A DNA stretch of 64,000 nucleotides from Pseudomonadota bacterium (GCA_016125035.1 WGMN01000001.1:193526-257525), one strand, 5' to 3'. Numbered from the stretch's first letter, positions 1 to 9,653 are shown. Made by a program: numbers and translations. Notes: generated by a model from the letters alone, not told the origin.

Positions 1-251
1 CTGAAGGCCGAGAAGGTGGTGAAGCCGCCGAGCAGCCCGGTGACCACCAGGGCGCGGGCGGTGGCGGAGGGTTCTCCATGCAAAGCCCACAGTGAAACGA
101 TGAGGCCGAGGACGAAGGCACCGACCACGTTGACGGTGAGCGTGCCGTAAGGGAAAGCCTGGCCGGTGGCCCCCACCACCGCGCCCACCGTGAGGTGGCG
201 CAGCAGGCCGCCGAGGCCGGCACCGAGGAAAATGGCGAGGAGGGTGGGCAT
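1..251 (-). CDS. crcB: Fluoride efflux channel CrcB/FluC (3' end runs off the window)
   Basis: Manual translation from the ATG at 251 gives MPTLAIFLGAGLGGLLRH...FPYGTLTVNVVGAF...TGLLGGFTTFSAF, the Fluc signature motifs. Confidence 0.92.
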   Translation of the reverse strand, partial: MPTLLAIFLGAGLGGLLRHLTVGAVVGATGQAFPYGTLTVNVVGAFVLGLIVSLWALHGEPSATARALVVTGLLGGFTTFSAF

Positions 252-252
252 G

Positions 253-876
253 TTAATGATGACTGAATACATCGGTTTCCGGCAGACCGGCGAGGTCCAT
301 CAGCACGCGGGTGGGGAGGTAATTAAGCGCGGCGAGCATGAACTCGTTACGGTTGGTCTGGGTGAGAAGCTCGGACAGTTTGGCGTAGAGGCCGTGCAGG
401 TAGAGGACATCGGAGGCGGCGTAGGCCTGCTGGGACTCGGTGAGTTCTTCCGCCGCCCAGTTGGACATCTGCTCTGTTTTGTCGAGCTCTACATCCAGGA
501 ACATTTTGCACAGGGTGCGCAGGTTGTGTTTGCCCTCGGTGGGGCGGGCCAGTTTGCTGGCGATCTTGGTGCAGAAGAAGGGTTCGATGGACGGCAGGCG
601 CAGGTGCTTTTGCAGCATGGCGAGATCGAACCGCGCATAGTGGAACAGCTTGGTGAGGCGCGGGTTGTTCAGCACCGCCACCAGGTTGGGAGAGTGGTAG
701 GCGGAATGGGGGCCGTATTTGACCAGCCAGACATTGCCCAGGCCATCGCCCACCTGGACCAGGCAGAGCCTGTCGGTTGTGAGTGACAGGCCGGTGGTTT
801 CGGTATCTATCGCCACCATGCCGGTGGGGAAATCTAGTCCGGCAGGGAGGTCTTCATGAACCAGGGTGATGGGCAT
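253..876 (-). CDS. rnd: Ribonuclease D-like 3'-5' exonuclease
   Basis: AIDTETTGL, DRLCLVQ, FHYARFD, TKIASKL and YAASDV motifs of the short DEDDy RNase D family. Confidence 0.9.
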   Translation of the reverse strand: MPITLVHEDLPAGLDFPTGMVAIDTETTGLSLTTDRLCLVQVGDGLGNVWLVKYGPHSAYHSPNLVAVLNNPRLTKLFHYARFDLAMLQKHLRLPSIEPFFCTKIASKLARPTEGKHNLRTLCKMFLDVELDKTEQMSNWAAEELTESQQAYAASDVLYLHGLYAKLSELLTQTNRNEFMLAALNYLPTRVLMDLAGLPETDVFSHH

Positions 877-879
877 GCG

Positions 880-1671
880 TTAGAGCACGTAGATGAAGAG
901 GAACAGGCCGATCCACACCACGTCGACGAAGTGCCAGTACCAGGCGGCGCCTTCGAAGTAGAAGTGGTTGTGGCGGGTGAAATCGCCCTTAGTGAGGCGC
1001 CAGTGCAGGAACATGAGCATCAGCGAGCCCAGCAGCACGTGGAAGCCGTGAAAGCCGGTGAGCATGAAGAACACCGTGCCGTAGACGCCGCTGGAGATGG
1101 TGTAGGCGGCGTGGTGATACTCGAACCCCTGGCAGAACAGGAAGATGATGCCCAGTTGCCAGGTGAGGAAGGTGAACAGCGTGGCATTGGCGCGGTGGTT
1201 GGTAAGCAGCGAGTGGTGCGCCATGGTGATGGTGGCGCCCGAGGTGAGCAATAGCAGCGTGTTGATGACCGGCAGGTCGATCGGCAGCGTTTTGATGTTG
1301 GCGGGTGGCCATTCCGGGTTGTGCATGCGCAGGAAGAAGTAGGCCGAGAAGAAGGCGGCGAAGAACATCACCTCGGACACGATGAAGAAGATCATGCCGT
1401 AGCGGTTGGCGAGATCGAGCACCAAAGGCACCATGCCGGCGCCGAAGCCGCGGTGGCGGGCCTCATTCACCAGCGTGAAGAACCACTGGAAGACCGCCAT
1501 GATGAGGATGAGCCCGCCCACACCCATGGCCAGGTTGCCGATGAGCGCCGGCTGCATGTGCAGGTGCGCGATGAAGCCCAAGGCGGCCAGCCCCGCGCCC
1601 AGGCAGGAGACAGGCGGCCAGATGGAACCGGTGGGGATGTAAAACTCGTGGTCGTGGTGGTGGGCTGACAT
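880..1671 (-). CDS. ctaE: Cytochrome c oxidase subunit III
   Basis: FIVSEVMFF, TGFHGFHV and AAWYWHFVDVVW motifs; start placed at MSAHHH. Confidence 0.95.
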   Translation of the reverse strand: MSAHHHDHEFYIPTGSIWPPVSCLGAGLAALGFIAHLHMQPALIGNLAMGVGGLILIMAVFQWFFTLVNEARHRGFGAGMVPLVLDLANRYGMIFFIVSEVMFFAAFFSAYFFLRMHNPEWPPANIKTLPIDLPVINTLLLLTSGATITMAHHSLLTNHRANATLFTFLTWQLGIIFLFCQGFEYHHAAYTISSGVYGTVFFMLTGFHGFHVLLGSLMLMFLHWRLTKGDFTRHNHFYFEGAAWYWHFVDVVWIGLFLFIYVL

Positions 1672-1922
1672 GGGGGCTTTCTTCCGTTGGCACAAGGTTT
1701 AGCAGTTTTTGCGGGTTTTTCCAAGCGGGGGGAGGTGTTGGCCGTGGGTGGCGTTGCCGCCCTGCCAAACAGGGGGGCACCAGAGGGGGAAACTTGCGAT
1801 GAAGATGGTGTTTTGGCCACGGGGGAGCACCCTTGAAAAGGACCAAATACCGCAAGTTGGGCCAAAGGACGTGGCAGGCGGGAGAGAGCCATTTTAGCCT
1901 GAGGCATAACAAGAAAGTGAAG

Positions 1923-2735
1923 ATGATGACACGTACCCCCCTGCCCCGCCTGCTGTTTGCGGCGATGTTGTGCGCAACCACCTCTCTGGCCAGTGAAAAA
2001 AGCCACGATGACGGACACCCCGCCGCCGAGCCCAAGGTGGTGAAAATGGAAGATGCCGCCAAAGCCCACACCGCCCCGCATTGGAACTACGGCCCGCCCA
2101 ATTGGGGAGAGTTGGACCCGGCTTTTGCGATGTGCGGGGCAGGGAAGGCGCAGTCTCCGATAGATGTGGCGGTGGAAGGAGAGAAAGGTGGGGACAAGCC
2201 GGTGATGGCCTATAAGCCCACGCCGTTGACGGTGGTGAACAATGGCCACACCTTGCAGGTGACCTACCTGACCGGCAGCGAGCTGGTGTTGCGCGGCAAG
2301 AGCTATGAGCTGAAGCAATTCCACTTCCACACCCCCAGCGAGCACGTGGCGCACGGTAGCGCCGCGCCAATGGAAGTGCACCTGGTGCACAAGGACAAGG
2401 ATGGCAACCTGGCCGTGGTGGGCGTGATGTTTGAAGAAGGTGCGGAAAACCCGACGCTTGCCAAGATATTGGCCGTGGCGCCGCATGGTGAGGGCGAGGT
2501 GAGCGCCAAAGGTGTGGAGGTGGATGCCAGTGCGTGGCTGCCGGAAGGGACGGGGTTTGTGCGCTACAATGGATCGCTTACCACGCCGCCGTGCAGCGAG
2601 GGGGTGAAGTGGATGGTGGCCACCAAGCGTGTGCAAGCCAGTGCCGCGCAATTGGAGGCCATGCGCGCGATCATGAAAAATAATGCGCGGCCGGTGCAAC
2701 CGTTGAACGGGCGCATGGTGCTGGATGTGGAGTAG
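1923..2735 (+). CDS. cah: Secreted alpha-class carbonic anhydrase
   Basis: Signal peptide; QSPID, NNGHT, QFHFH..SEH, EVHLVH and GSLTTPPCSEGV motifs. Confidence 0.95.
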   Translation: MMTRTPLPRLLFAAMLCATTSLASEKSHDDGHPAAEPKVVKMEDAAKAHTAPHWNYGPPNWGELDPAFAMCGAGKAQSPIDVAVEGEKGGDKPVMAYKPTPLTVVNNGHTLQVTYLTGSELVLRGKSYELKQFHFHTPSEHVAHGSAAPMEVHLVHKDKDGNLAVVGVMFEEGAENPTLAKILAVAPHGEGEVSAKGVEVDASAWLPEGTGFVRYNGSLTTPPCSEGVKWMVATKRVQASAAQLEAMRAIMKNNARPVQPLNGRMVLDVE

Positions 2736-2868
2736 GCGCTAGAGCGCCTGGTTGCGGTAAGCCGAGACCAAGGACAGGTGGGCGAGCCGTGGTTTGTGCC
2801 CGGGCTTTACCAGCCCGGCTTGGGGCATGCGGTTCAAGCGTCTTGGGGAAAGCGCTTGCCGGGCATGG

Positions 2869-3147
2869 CTAGTGGCTGGAGCCCTGCGCGGGTTGGTTGG
2901 CAAGGGCCGGGTTTTGGTACATGGGCAGTTTGGTGCCGGAGTATTGGTAGTCGATGCGGTCGCCGAACTCTTGCACGTAGGGCTGGGTGTGGGTGTGGCC
3001 CCAGCCGCCGAGGAAGGTGATGACACCAAAGAAATAGAGCACCGCGCCGCCGACGCCGATGGCCAGTGCCTTCATGAACCTGGAGAAGGTGCTGGTGTAG
3101 TGGGACTCTAGCTTTTCCTTATTATAATGCAGCTTGGGGGCGGACAT
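2869..3147 (-). CDS. Small single-TM protein, possible aa3 oxidase subunit IV (CtaH-like)
   Basis: H..TF..F.K followed by one TM helix, resembling bacterial subunit IV; lies in the cox cluster. Confidence 0.5.
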   Translation of the reverse strand: MSAPKLHYNKEKLESHYTSTFSRFMKALAIGVGGAVLYFFGVITFLGGWGHTHTQPYVQEFGDRIDYQYSGTKLPMYQNPALANQPAQGSSH

Positions 3148-3152
3148 GGGGG

Positions 3153-3305
3153 TTACTCTCCGGTTTGGGTGAAGGGTGCGGGCGCCACGGGGGAGCTGCG
3201 CAGGAAGGGATAGGCGATAATGCTGCCGGCAAAGGCCAGCGCCACCGCGCCGAGAGCCAGCGCCAGGCGCAGGTTTTTGCGTTGTTGGGCGGCGGTGGGC
3301 TGCAT
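3153..3305 (-). CDS. Small CoxF-like membrane protein
   Basis: QQRKNLRLALALGAVALAF (basic stretch plus TM) directly after coxI. Confidence 0.55.
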   Translation of the reverse strand: MQPTAAQQRKNLRLALALGAVALAFAGSIIAYPFLRSSPVAPAPFTQTGE

Positions 3306-3309
3306 GGGC

Positions 3310-4929
3310 TTAGACCGTGGGCTTGGTTTTGGCATAGAGCTCGACCGGGTAGGCTTCGTCGTGGTTCCAGACCGGCAGTTTTTCGAAGTTATGCTCGTGG
3401 GGGGGAGAGCTGGTGTTGGTCCACTCCAGCGTGATGCCGCCCCAGGGGTTGGCGCCAGCCTTTTTGCCGTACTTGCGGCTGTAGAGGATGTTGATGACCA
3501 AGAGCAGCTGCGTGGTGCCGAAGATAAAGGCGCCCACCGAGCAGAGCATGTTGAGGTCGGCGTACACGGGGTTGTAGTCGGCGATGCGCCGCGGCATGCC
3601 CATCATGCCCAAAAAGTGCATGGGGAAGAAAGTGATGTTGACCGAGATGAACGACAGCCAGAAGTGCCAGCGGCCGATACGCTCGGACAGCAGGCGGCCG
3701 GACATTTTGGGGAACCAGTGGTAGATGGCCGCCATGATGCCGAAGTAGCTGCCGGTGACGAACACGTAGTGGATGTGCGCCACCACGTAGTAGGTGTCTT
3801 GCATCATGTAATCGACCGGAGCCGAGGCCAGCACCACGCCGGAGAGCCCGCCGATGGTGAAGAGGATGACGAAGCCGATGGCGAATTTCATCGCCGTGGT
3901 GAAGGCGATGGAACCGCCCCACATGGTGGCCATCCAGTTAAACACCTTGATGCCGGTGGGCACGGCGATGAACATGGTCATGATCATGAAGCCCATCTGC
4001 GCCGGGATGCTCATGCCCACGGAGTACATGTGGTGGGCCCAGACCATTTGCCCGAGCACCGCGATGGCCACCAGCGCCCACACCATGCTGTGGTAGCCGA
4101 AGGGCGGTTTGCGGCTGTGGGTGGAGATGATGTCGGACACCATACCGAAGACCGGGAGGATCATGATGTAGACCGCCGGGTGGGAGTAGAACCAGAAGAT
4201 GTGCTGGAAGAGCACAGGGTCGCCACCGCCGGCGGGGTTGAAGAAGGCGGTGCCGAAGTTACGATCGCACAGCAGCATGGTGACCGCGCCGGCGAGCACC
4301 GGGGTGGCCACCAGTTGCAGCCAGGCGGTGATGAGCATGGCCCAGGGGAACAACGGCATTTTGAACAGCGACATGCCAGGTGCACGCATGTTGAGGATGG
4401 TGACGATGAAGTTGATGGCGCCCAGGATGGAGCTGGCACCGGCGAGGTGGACGGCGAGGATCCACATGTCCATGCCCGCACCGGGCGAGAAGGCGGCGGA
4501 GGTGAGCGGAGGGTAGACCGTCCAGCCCGCGGCGTCGGACCCGCCGGGGACGAACAGGCTGCCGAGCATGAGCATGGCGGAGAACGGCATGATCCAGAAC
4601 GACCAGTTGTTGAGCCGGGGGAAGGCCATGTCTGGCGAGCCTATCATGATGGGGACGAAGTAGTTGCCAAAGCCGATGAGCCCCGGGATGATGGCGAAGA
4701 AGATCATGAACGTGGCGTGCATGGCCGTCATCTGGTTGAAGAACGCGCCGTCGACGAACTGGTAGCCGGGCTCGGCGAGCTCCGCCCGGATGACCAGCGC
4801 CATGCAGCCGGCCAGGAAGAAGAAGATCAGCGACGACATCATGTACATGCGGCCGATGTCTTTGTGGTTAACGGTGGTGAGGTAATACATGAAACCTTTG
4901 CGGGGAGTGGCGTGGGCGGCGGTGGCCAT
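3310..4929 (-). CDS. ctaD: Cytochrome c oxidase subunit I (A2-type YSHPxV motif)
   Basis: NHKDIG, DMAFPRLN, WFYSHPAVY, WAHHM, VVAHIHY and GMPRR motifs. Confidence 0.98.
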   Translation of the reverse strand: MATAAHATPRKGFMYYLTTVNHKDIGRMYMMSSLIFFFLAGCMALVIRAELAEPGYQFVDGAFFNQMTAMHATFMIFFAIIPGLIGFGNYFVPIMIGSPDMAFPRLNNWSFWIMPFSAMLMLGSLFVPGGSDAAGWTVYPPLTSAAFSPGAGMDMWILAVHLAGASSILGAINFIVTILNMRAPGMSLFKMPLFPWAMLITAWLQLVATPVLAGAVTMLLCDRNFGTAFFNPAGGGDPVLFQHIFWFYSHPAVYIMILPVFGMVSDIISTHSRKPPFGYHSMVWALVAIAVLGQMVWAHHMYSVGMSIPAQMGFMIMTMFIAVPTGIKVFNWMATMWGGSIAFTTAMKFAIGFVILFTIGGLSGVVLASAPVDYMMQDTYYVVAHIHYVFVTGSYFGIMAAIYHWFPKMSGRLLSERIGRWHFWLSFISVNITFFPMHFLGMMGMPRRIADYNPVYADLNMLCSVGAFIFGTTQLLLVINILYSRKYGKKAGANPWGGITLEWTNTSSPPHEHNFEKLPVWNHDEAYPVELYAKTKPTV

Positions 4930-4974
4930 GGAGTTGTTCCTTATATACTTGCGCGGTTTATAGCACGGCGGCGG

Positions 4975-5820
4975 TTAGGGTTGAAGAGGCGTTGACATAG
5001 AAATATCCAGTGCCGTGCGCAGGTGCGCGGGGATGGAAGGGGCATCCAGGATGGTGCTGTGGGTGGTGCCGGGGATGGGCATCACGGTGGCGCTGGTGAG
5101 GTGAGAAGCCAAGATTTCAATATGATGGGAGGGGATCAAGCCGTCGGTGGGGGCATACAGGATGGTGGTGCGGGCGCTGACGTGATCGATAATATCTTCT
5201 GTTGCCCAGGGATATTTGAGCAACCAGCGGACGGGCAGCCAGGGGTATTTCTCTTCAGCCAGGCGGCGGATGGAGGCCGGCGGGGCGACAAGCACCAGGT
5301 GGTTGAGCGGGCGCTGTGTGGCCAGCCAGGTGGCCACCGCGGTGCCCAGGCTGTAGCCCACCGCGTCGACTTGCGCCGGGTGCAGGCGCTGGTTGAAGGT
5401 ATCGTAGAGGAAGGCGGCGTCGCCCTTGAGTGAGGTCTCGGTGGGTTCGCCGGTGCTGCGCGCGCCAAAGGCGTTGGGGTAGCCACGGTAGGAGAAGCCC
5501 GCCACGGCGACCGAGCCCCCCGGGAAGACGGTGTTTTTGAGGAAGGCGGCGAAGCCCACCACGTCGTGCGCGTTGCCGCCGAAGGCCAGCACCAACGTGG
5601 GGCTGGGCGCGGTGGCGGGGAAGAACACGCCGTTGAGCTGGGTGCCGTCGGCGGTGGTGAGGGTGAGGTGCTCGAACGGTGCTGCTTCTTCCGAGGGGGG
5701 TGGCACGTGGTTGATGGTGCGGGGGAAGACGATGGCGTCTTGGTTAAGGTACAGTTTGCCGACGAACCCCAGCGGAATGAGCAACAGGACCAACAGGGCG
5801 AGGACGATACGGCGGAGCAT
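4975..5820 (-). CDS. Membrane-anchored alpha/beta hydrolase
   Basis: N-terminal TM; FGGNA, YRGY and GYSLG nucleophile motif; C-terminal Asp/His. Confidence 0.85.
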   Translation of the reverse strand: MLRRIVLALLVLLLIPLGFVGKLYLNQDAIVFPRTINHVPPPSEEAAPFEHLTLTTADGTQLNGVFFPATAPSPTLVLAFGGNAHDVVGFAAFLKNTVFPGGSVAVAGFSYRGYPNAFGARSTGEPTETSLKGDAAFLYDTFNQRLHPAQVDAVGYSLGTAVATWLATQRPLNHLVLVAPPASIRRLAEEKYPWLPVRWLLKYPWATEDIIDHVSARTTILYAPTDGLIPSHHIEILASHLTSATVMPIPGTTHSTILDAPSIPAHLRTALDISMSTPLQP

Positions 5821-6390
5821 TTAGGGGGCCTTCTTCTTGATGCGAGGATCGCCCGGCAGGGCCTCGAACAGAGTGTAGGAGAAGGTGATGGTGTGCACCC
5901 CTTCAGGCAGGTCGGGCGAGATGGTGAAGTACAGCGGCAGGCGCACGGTTTTTTGCGCCGGGTAGTGTTGTTGCTCGAAGCAGAAGCACTGCTGCAGCTC
6001 GACGTAGGGGGTGATGTCGATGTCTGGGTCTCCACCCATGCCGTAGAGCATGTGGATGGCGATGCCGTTAATGGGCTTGCTGCTGAGATTCTCGGCCTGG
6101 TAGGCGGTGAACACCGGCTCGCCCAGGTGCACCTTGAGGTTGTAGGCCACAGGTGTGAACTGGATGGGCACCCCCGTGTTGGTGTTGGCGGTAAAGCGCA
6201 CGGTGACGGTGCGGTTGGAAACCTGCGTGGGCACCACAGCGGTGGACTGCACCGCCACCGACGGAATAGCAATGCCGAAGTGCTGGCAGAACACCCGGTA
6301 GAGCGGCACCATGGCCGCCGTGAAGCACCCCATGGCGATGATGATGGCGATGAGGACGAAAAGCAGGCGGGTGTTTTTGTTAAGGGGCAA
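5821..6390 (-). CDS. ctaG: Cytochrome c oxidase Cu(B) chaperone CtaG/Cox11
   Basis: VPLYRVFC, QCFCFEQQ and TITFSYT motifs. Confidence 0.93.
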   Translation of the reverse strand: MPLNKNTRLLFVLIAIIIAMGCFTAAMVPLYRVFCQHFGIAIPSVAVQSTAVVPTQVSNRTVTVRFTANTNTGVPIQFTPVAYNLKVHLGEPVFTAYQAENLSSKPINGIAIHMLYGMGGDPDIDITPYVELQQCFCFEQQHYPAQKTVRLPLYFTISPDLPEGVHTITFSYTLFEALPGDPRIKKKAP

Positions 6391-6392
6391 GA

Positions 6393-7277
6393 TTACATCC
6401 AGCTATCGATGACCATGGCGAGGAAGAGGAAGGCAAGGTAGTACAGGCTGCGGGTGAAGACAACTTGCGCGGCCTTGCGGTTTTGCGCGGTAGGTTGCGG
6501 CGCGTGGAGCAGCTTCCAGGCCGCAAGGCCCCACCACGCGGCCAGCACAGTGGCGGTGCCGACGTAAATGAAACCAAGCGGATGGAACAGCCCGCCCAAA
6601 AGCGTGACCGGAAAGAGTAGGGTAAGGTAGCGGACGATGGCCAGGCGGGTGGCGGACTCGCCATGCACCACCGGGTACATGGGCACGCCGGCGCGGGTGT
6701 AGTCGGCATTGGTGATGAGGGCCAGGGCCCAGAAGTGGGGAGGTGTCCACAGAAAAATGATGGCGAACATAAGCCAGGGCAACGGCGTGGAGACACCCCC
6801 CTGCACCGCCGCCCAGCCGACCAGCGGCGGGAAGGCGCCGGCTGCGCCGCCGATGACGATGTTCTGCACCGTATGGCGCTTGAGCAGCATGGTGTAAATG
6901 AACACGTAGAACAGCGCGCCGGAGAGCGCCATGGCCGCCGTGAGCGGGTTGACCACCAGTGCGGTGAGTGCGCCGATGACGATGAGGCTGGTGCCGAGCA
7001 TCAGGACGGAATGAGGTTGCCAGCGGCCGCGCGGGAGGGGGCGGTTTTTGGTGCGGTTCATCAGCGTGTCGATGTCGCGATCCCACCACATGTTGACCAT
7101 GTTGGCACCCGAGGCCGAGAGCACCAAACCCAGCGTGGAAAAGAACAAGTTGGTGAAAGTGAGCAGCTGGAAATTGCCCTTGGCCGCCACCAGCGCGCCG
7201 CACACGCAGGTGATGGCCAGCAGCAGGATGATGCGCGGCTTGGCGAGCTGGAGGAGATCGGTGACGAAGGCAGGCAT
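6393..7277 (-). CDS. ctaB: Protoheme IX farnesyltransferase (heme O synthase)
   Basis: DRDID..M.RT..RPLP, IGGAAGAFPPL and WTPPHFWAL motifs. Confidence 0.96.
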   Translation of the reverse strand: MPAFVTDLLQLAKPRIILLLAITCVCGALVAAKGNFQLLTFTNLFFSTLGLVLSASGANMVNMWWDRDIDTLMNRTKNRPLPRGRWQPHSVLMLGTSLIVIGALTALVVNPLTAAMALSGALFYVFIYTMLLKRHTVQNIVIGGAAGAFPPLVGWAAVQGGVSTPLPWLMFAIIFLWTPPHFWALALITNADYTRAGVPMYPVVHGESATRLAIVRYLTLLFPVTLLGGLFHPLGFIYVGTATVLAAWWGLAAWKLLHAPQPTAQNRKAAQVVFTRSLYYLAFLFLAMVIDSWM

Positions 7278-7287
7278 GCGGCGCGCG

Positions 7288-8232
7288 TTAACGGCTGGGG
7301 TGAAAGCGCCCGGCGTTGCCGTAGCTTAAGTTAAGCACCGCGCCGATGGCGGCCAGCCACACCAGTGTGCCCCAAGCAAGGTGGGCGATGGACAGAGGCT
7401 GGTAAAAGGCCGGGTAGTTGGCAAAGCTGTAGAGCGTGGCGATGCCCAGCCCCACCTGCCCCCACACCATGATGTGCAGGTGCAGCGCCACCTTGCGCAG
7501 GTGTGGCGCGGCGCGCTTGGCCACCGAGATGAGCGAGATGGACAGCAGCATGGTGGCCAGCGCGAAGAAGCGATGCTGCATGTGGATGTGCTGGGCGGGA
7601 TCGGCCGGGAACCATTGGCCAGCGCACGAGAACAGCCCGCCGCAGACACCGCCGGCGTGGCCGGAACTGGTGAGAGCGCCCAGCACCATGGTGCACCACA
7701 CGAAGGCGGCGAAGGTGATGAGCAGGATGCGCATGGCCTTGGCGGTGGGTAGCGGCGTGGGCTTACCTTTGGCGGCGATGGCACGGCGCAGCCAGACGAG
7801 GGAAGCGAAGAACAGCATGGCGGTGCCCAGGTGCAGGGCGACGCTTAAAGGCGAATTGGCCTGAAAGATGGTGAAGGCGCCGAGAGAAATTTGCACGATG
7901 AGGGCGAGGGTGGCGGCGGCCAAGGGTTTGCGTTCATAAGCCGGGCGTTTGATGGCGAGGACGACCAGCGCCAGCATGAGGACGCCGATGGTGGCGGCCA
8001 GTGTGCGGTGCGACCACTCCAGCGCCACCTGCCACCATTGGTAATGCATGGCGCCGACGATGTAACCGCCGGGAATGGAGCTTTCTGGGAACGGGATATA
8101 TGCGCCGTAGCAATGGGGCCAATCCGGGCAGGACATGCCGGCATCAAACACGCGAGTGGCGCCGCCGATGACGATGAGCAGGTAGGTGAGGAGCAGCGTG
8201 ATGGCCGCCAGGCGGTGGTAGGGGAGGTTCAT
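7288..8232 (-). CDS. ctaA: Heme A synthase, type 1 (Cys pairs)
   Basis: AGMSCPDWPHC, EWSHR, HMQHR and a second CGGLFSC pair; start placed at MNLPY after a leaderless-type promoter. Confidence 0.9.
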   Translation of the reverse strand: MNLPYHRLAAITLLLTYLLIVIGGATRVFDAGMSCPDWPHCYGAYIPFPESSIPGGYIVGAMHYQWWQVALEWSHRTLAATIGVLMLALVVLAIKRPAYERKPLAAATLALIVQISLGAFTIFQANSPLSVALHLGTAMLFFASLVWLRRAIAAKGKPTPLPTAKAMRILLITFAAFVWCTMVLGALTSSGHAGGVCGGLFSCAGQWFPADPAQHIHMQHRFFALATMLLSISLISVAKRAAPHLRKVALHLHIMVWGQVGLGIATLYSFANYPAFYQPLSIAHLAWGTLVWLAAIGAVLNLSYGNAGRFHPSR

Positions 8233-8287
8233 GGGGGCACCATAGCCGCGCGGGCGCGGTTGGGCAAGACAGCCCTTTACATACACG

Positions 8288-9127
8288 TTAGCGGCGGGGG
8301 TTGAGGAAGACGGTGGTGAGTTTGGAGGTGGGGTTGGCGAGTTGCGGGGCCACGGTTTTAAGCGAGACGGTGGCAGATTTTTCCAGCCCATAGGGCATAT
8401 TGAGGATGATGTTGCCGGTGCCGTGGGCGCCGGGCGGATTGGGGATGCGCCAGGCAAATTCAGCCAGCCAGGTGGCCGAGACCGCCAGCTGCTTGAGGCC
8501 TTCCACCAGCATGCGGTGCGGCTTGGTGGGCAGCAGCGGGTACCACACCATGATGGTGGCCTGGGGGTTGATGGCGAGGATGGTGTGGACGGTTTCAACC
8601 GTTTGCTCGTACTCGGTTTTGACCTCGTAGGAGGGGTCTATCAGCACCAGCGTGCGTTGGCCGCGGCGGATGAATTTGGGGATGGTGCCGTGGCCATCGG
8701 CCAGATGAAGGTGCAGGTTGGCGCGGTGGATGCCGGTTTTGAGGTGCTCGAACTCGCCGGGGTGGGCCTCGGCGAGATAAAGGTGGTCTTGCTCGCGCAG
8801 CAGGTGGGCGGCCACGCCGGGCGAGCCGGGGATGAGGCTAAGCGGGCCATGGCCATTATGCGCGGCAACGGTGAGGAGGTAGGGGTTCTCAGCCGGAAGG
8901 GTTTGCGGAATGGCCGGGTTGTAGACGCGGGCAAGGCCGGTTTGGAACTCCTTGAGTTTTTGCACCTCTTGCCCGTGGAGGGGGTAGAGGCCGCGACCGG
9001 CGTGGGTCTCGTACACATGTAAAGCCGCCGGCTTTTGCGTGAGCTGCGTGATGAGGTGCGCCCACAGCGTGTGCTTGAGGACATCGGCCGCGGAGCCGGC
9101 ATGGTAGGCGTGTTGGTAAGACAGCAT
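8288..9127 (-). CDS. rlmJ: 23S rRNA m6A2030 methyltransferase RlmJ
   Basis: MLSYQHAYHAG..ADVLKH, ETHAGRGLY and LIDPSYE motifs. Confidence 0.93.
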   Translation of the reverse strand: MLSYQHAYHAGSAADVLKHTLWAHLITQLTQKPAALHVYETHAGRGLYPLHGQEVQKLKEFQTGLARVYNPAIPQTLPAENPYLLTVAAHNGHGPLSLIPGSPGVAAHLLREQDHLYLAEAHPGEFEHLKTGIHRANLHLHLADGHGTIPKFIRRGQRTLVLIDPSYEVKTEYEQTVETVHTILAINPQATIMVWYPLLPTKPHRMLVEGLKQLAVSATWLAEFAWRIPNPPGAHGTGNIILNMPYGLEKSATVSLKTVAPQLANPTSKLTTVFLNPRR

Positions 9128-9134
9128 GGGCGCA

Positions 9135-9169
9135 CTGTAACCCGTAACCCGGGGCCCGTAACCCGTTAT
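9135..9169 (+). repeat. Heptamer tandem array (CCGTAAC x5, degenerate)
   Basis: ctgtaac ccgtaac ccggggc ccgtaac ccgttat; the core is 30/31 identical to the array at 57011. Confidence 0.85.
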
Positions 9170-9230
9170 GTGGCTTGTCAGTGCTGAAATTTGGGGGCAG
9201 GCTGGGCGCCTTGAAACAGGAGGAGTGAGG

Positions 9231-9653
9231 ATGGAGACTTTATATACTGCGAAAGCCAGCGCCACTGGAGGCCGCAACGGCAAGGCCGCGACAAGCGACG
9301 GCAGGCTGAAGGTTTTGCTGACGCACCCGGTGGCCCCCGGTCGGCCGGAAGTGGGCACCGACCCGGAACAGCTTTTTGCCTGCGGTTATGCGGCGTGCTT
9401 TGGCGGCGCCACCGAGTTTGCCGCCAAGCAAAAGGAGGTGGAACTGACGCAGCCGGTACAGGTGGACAGTGAGGTGAGTTTGCTGAAGAAGCCGGATGTG
9501 GGCTTTACGGTTGGGGTGAAACTGACGGTGCATTTGCCGGGCATCAAACAAAGTGTAGCCGAAGAAGTGGTGGAGTTGGCACACACCATTTGCCCTTATT
9601 CCAATGCGACGAAGGGGAATGTTGCCGTTGAGACGGTGGTTTTGGCAGGTTAG
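9231..9653 (+). CDS. ohr: Organic hydroperoxide resistance protein Ohr
   Basis: GGRNG, PEQLFACGYAACF and CPYSNATKGN motifs; strong AGGAGG SD. Confidence 0.95.
   Translation: METLYTAKASATGGRNGKAATSDGRLKVLLTHPVAPGRPEVGTDPEQLFACGYAACFGGATEFAAKQKEVELTQPVQVDSEVSLLKKPDVGFTVGVKLTVHLPGIKQSVAEEVVELAHTICPYSNATKGNVAVETVVLAG

Noticed and set aside
2739..2830. 29-aa ORF MPQAGLVKPG... downstream of the subunit-IV-like gene
   Set aside because: No SD or family features; it overlaps a GC hairpin that more likely acts as a terminator between convergent genes.
3220..4995. Long antisense ORFs (e.g. 3220-4995+, 11203-12996+, 23277-25028+, 38094-39134+, 61075-62721+)
   Set aside because: They are shadows of genes on the opposite strand, expected at high GC, and carry no motifs.
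9135..9169. Short repeat arrays as a CRISPR array
   Set aside because: Units are 7-10 bp in tandem with no unique spacers, and there are no cas genes.
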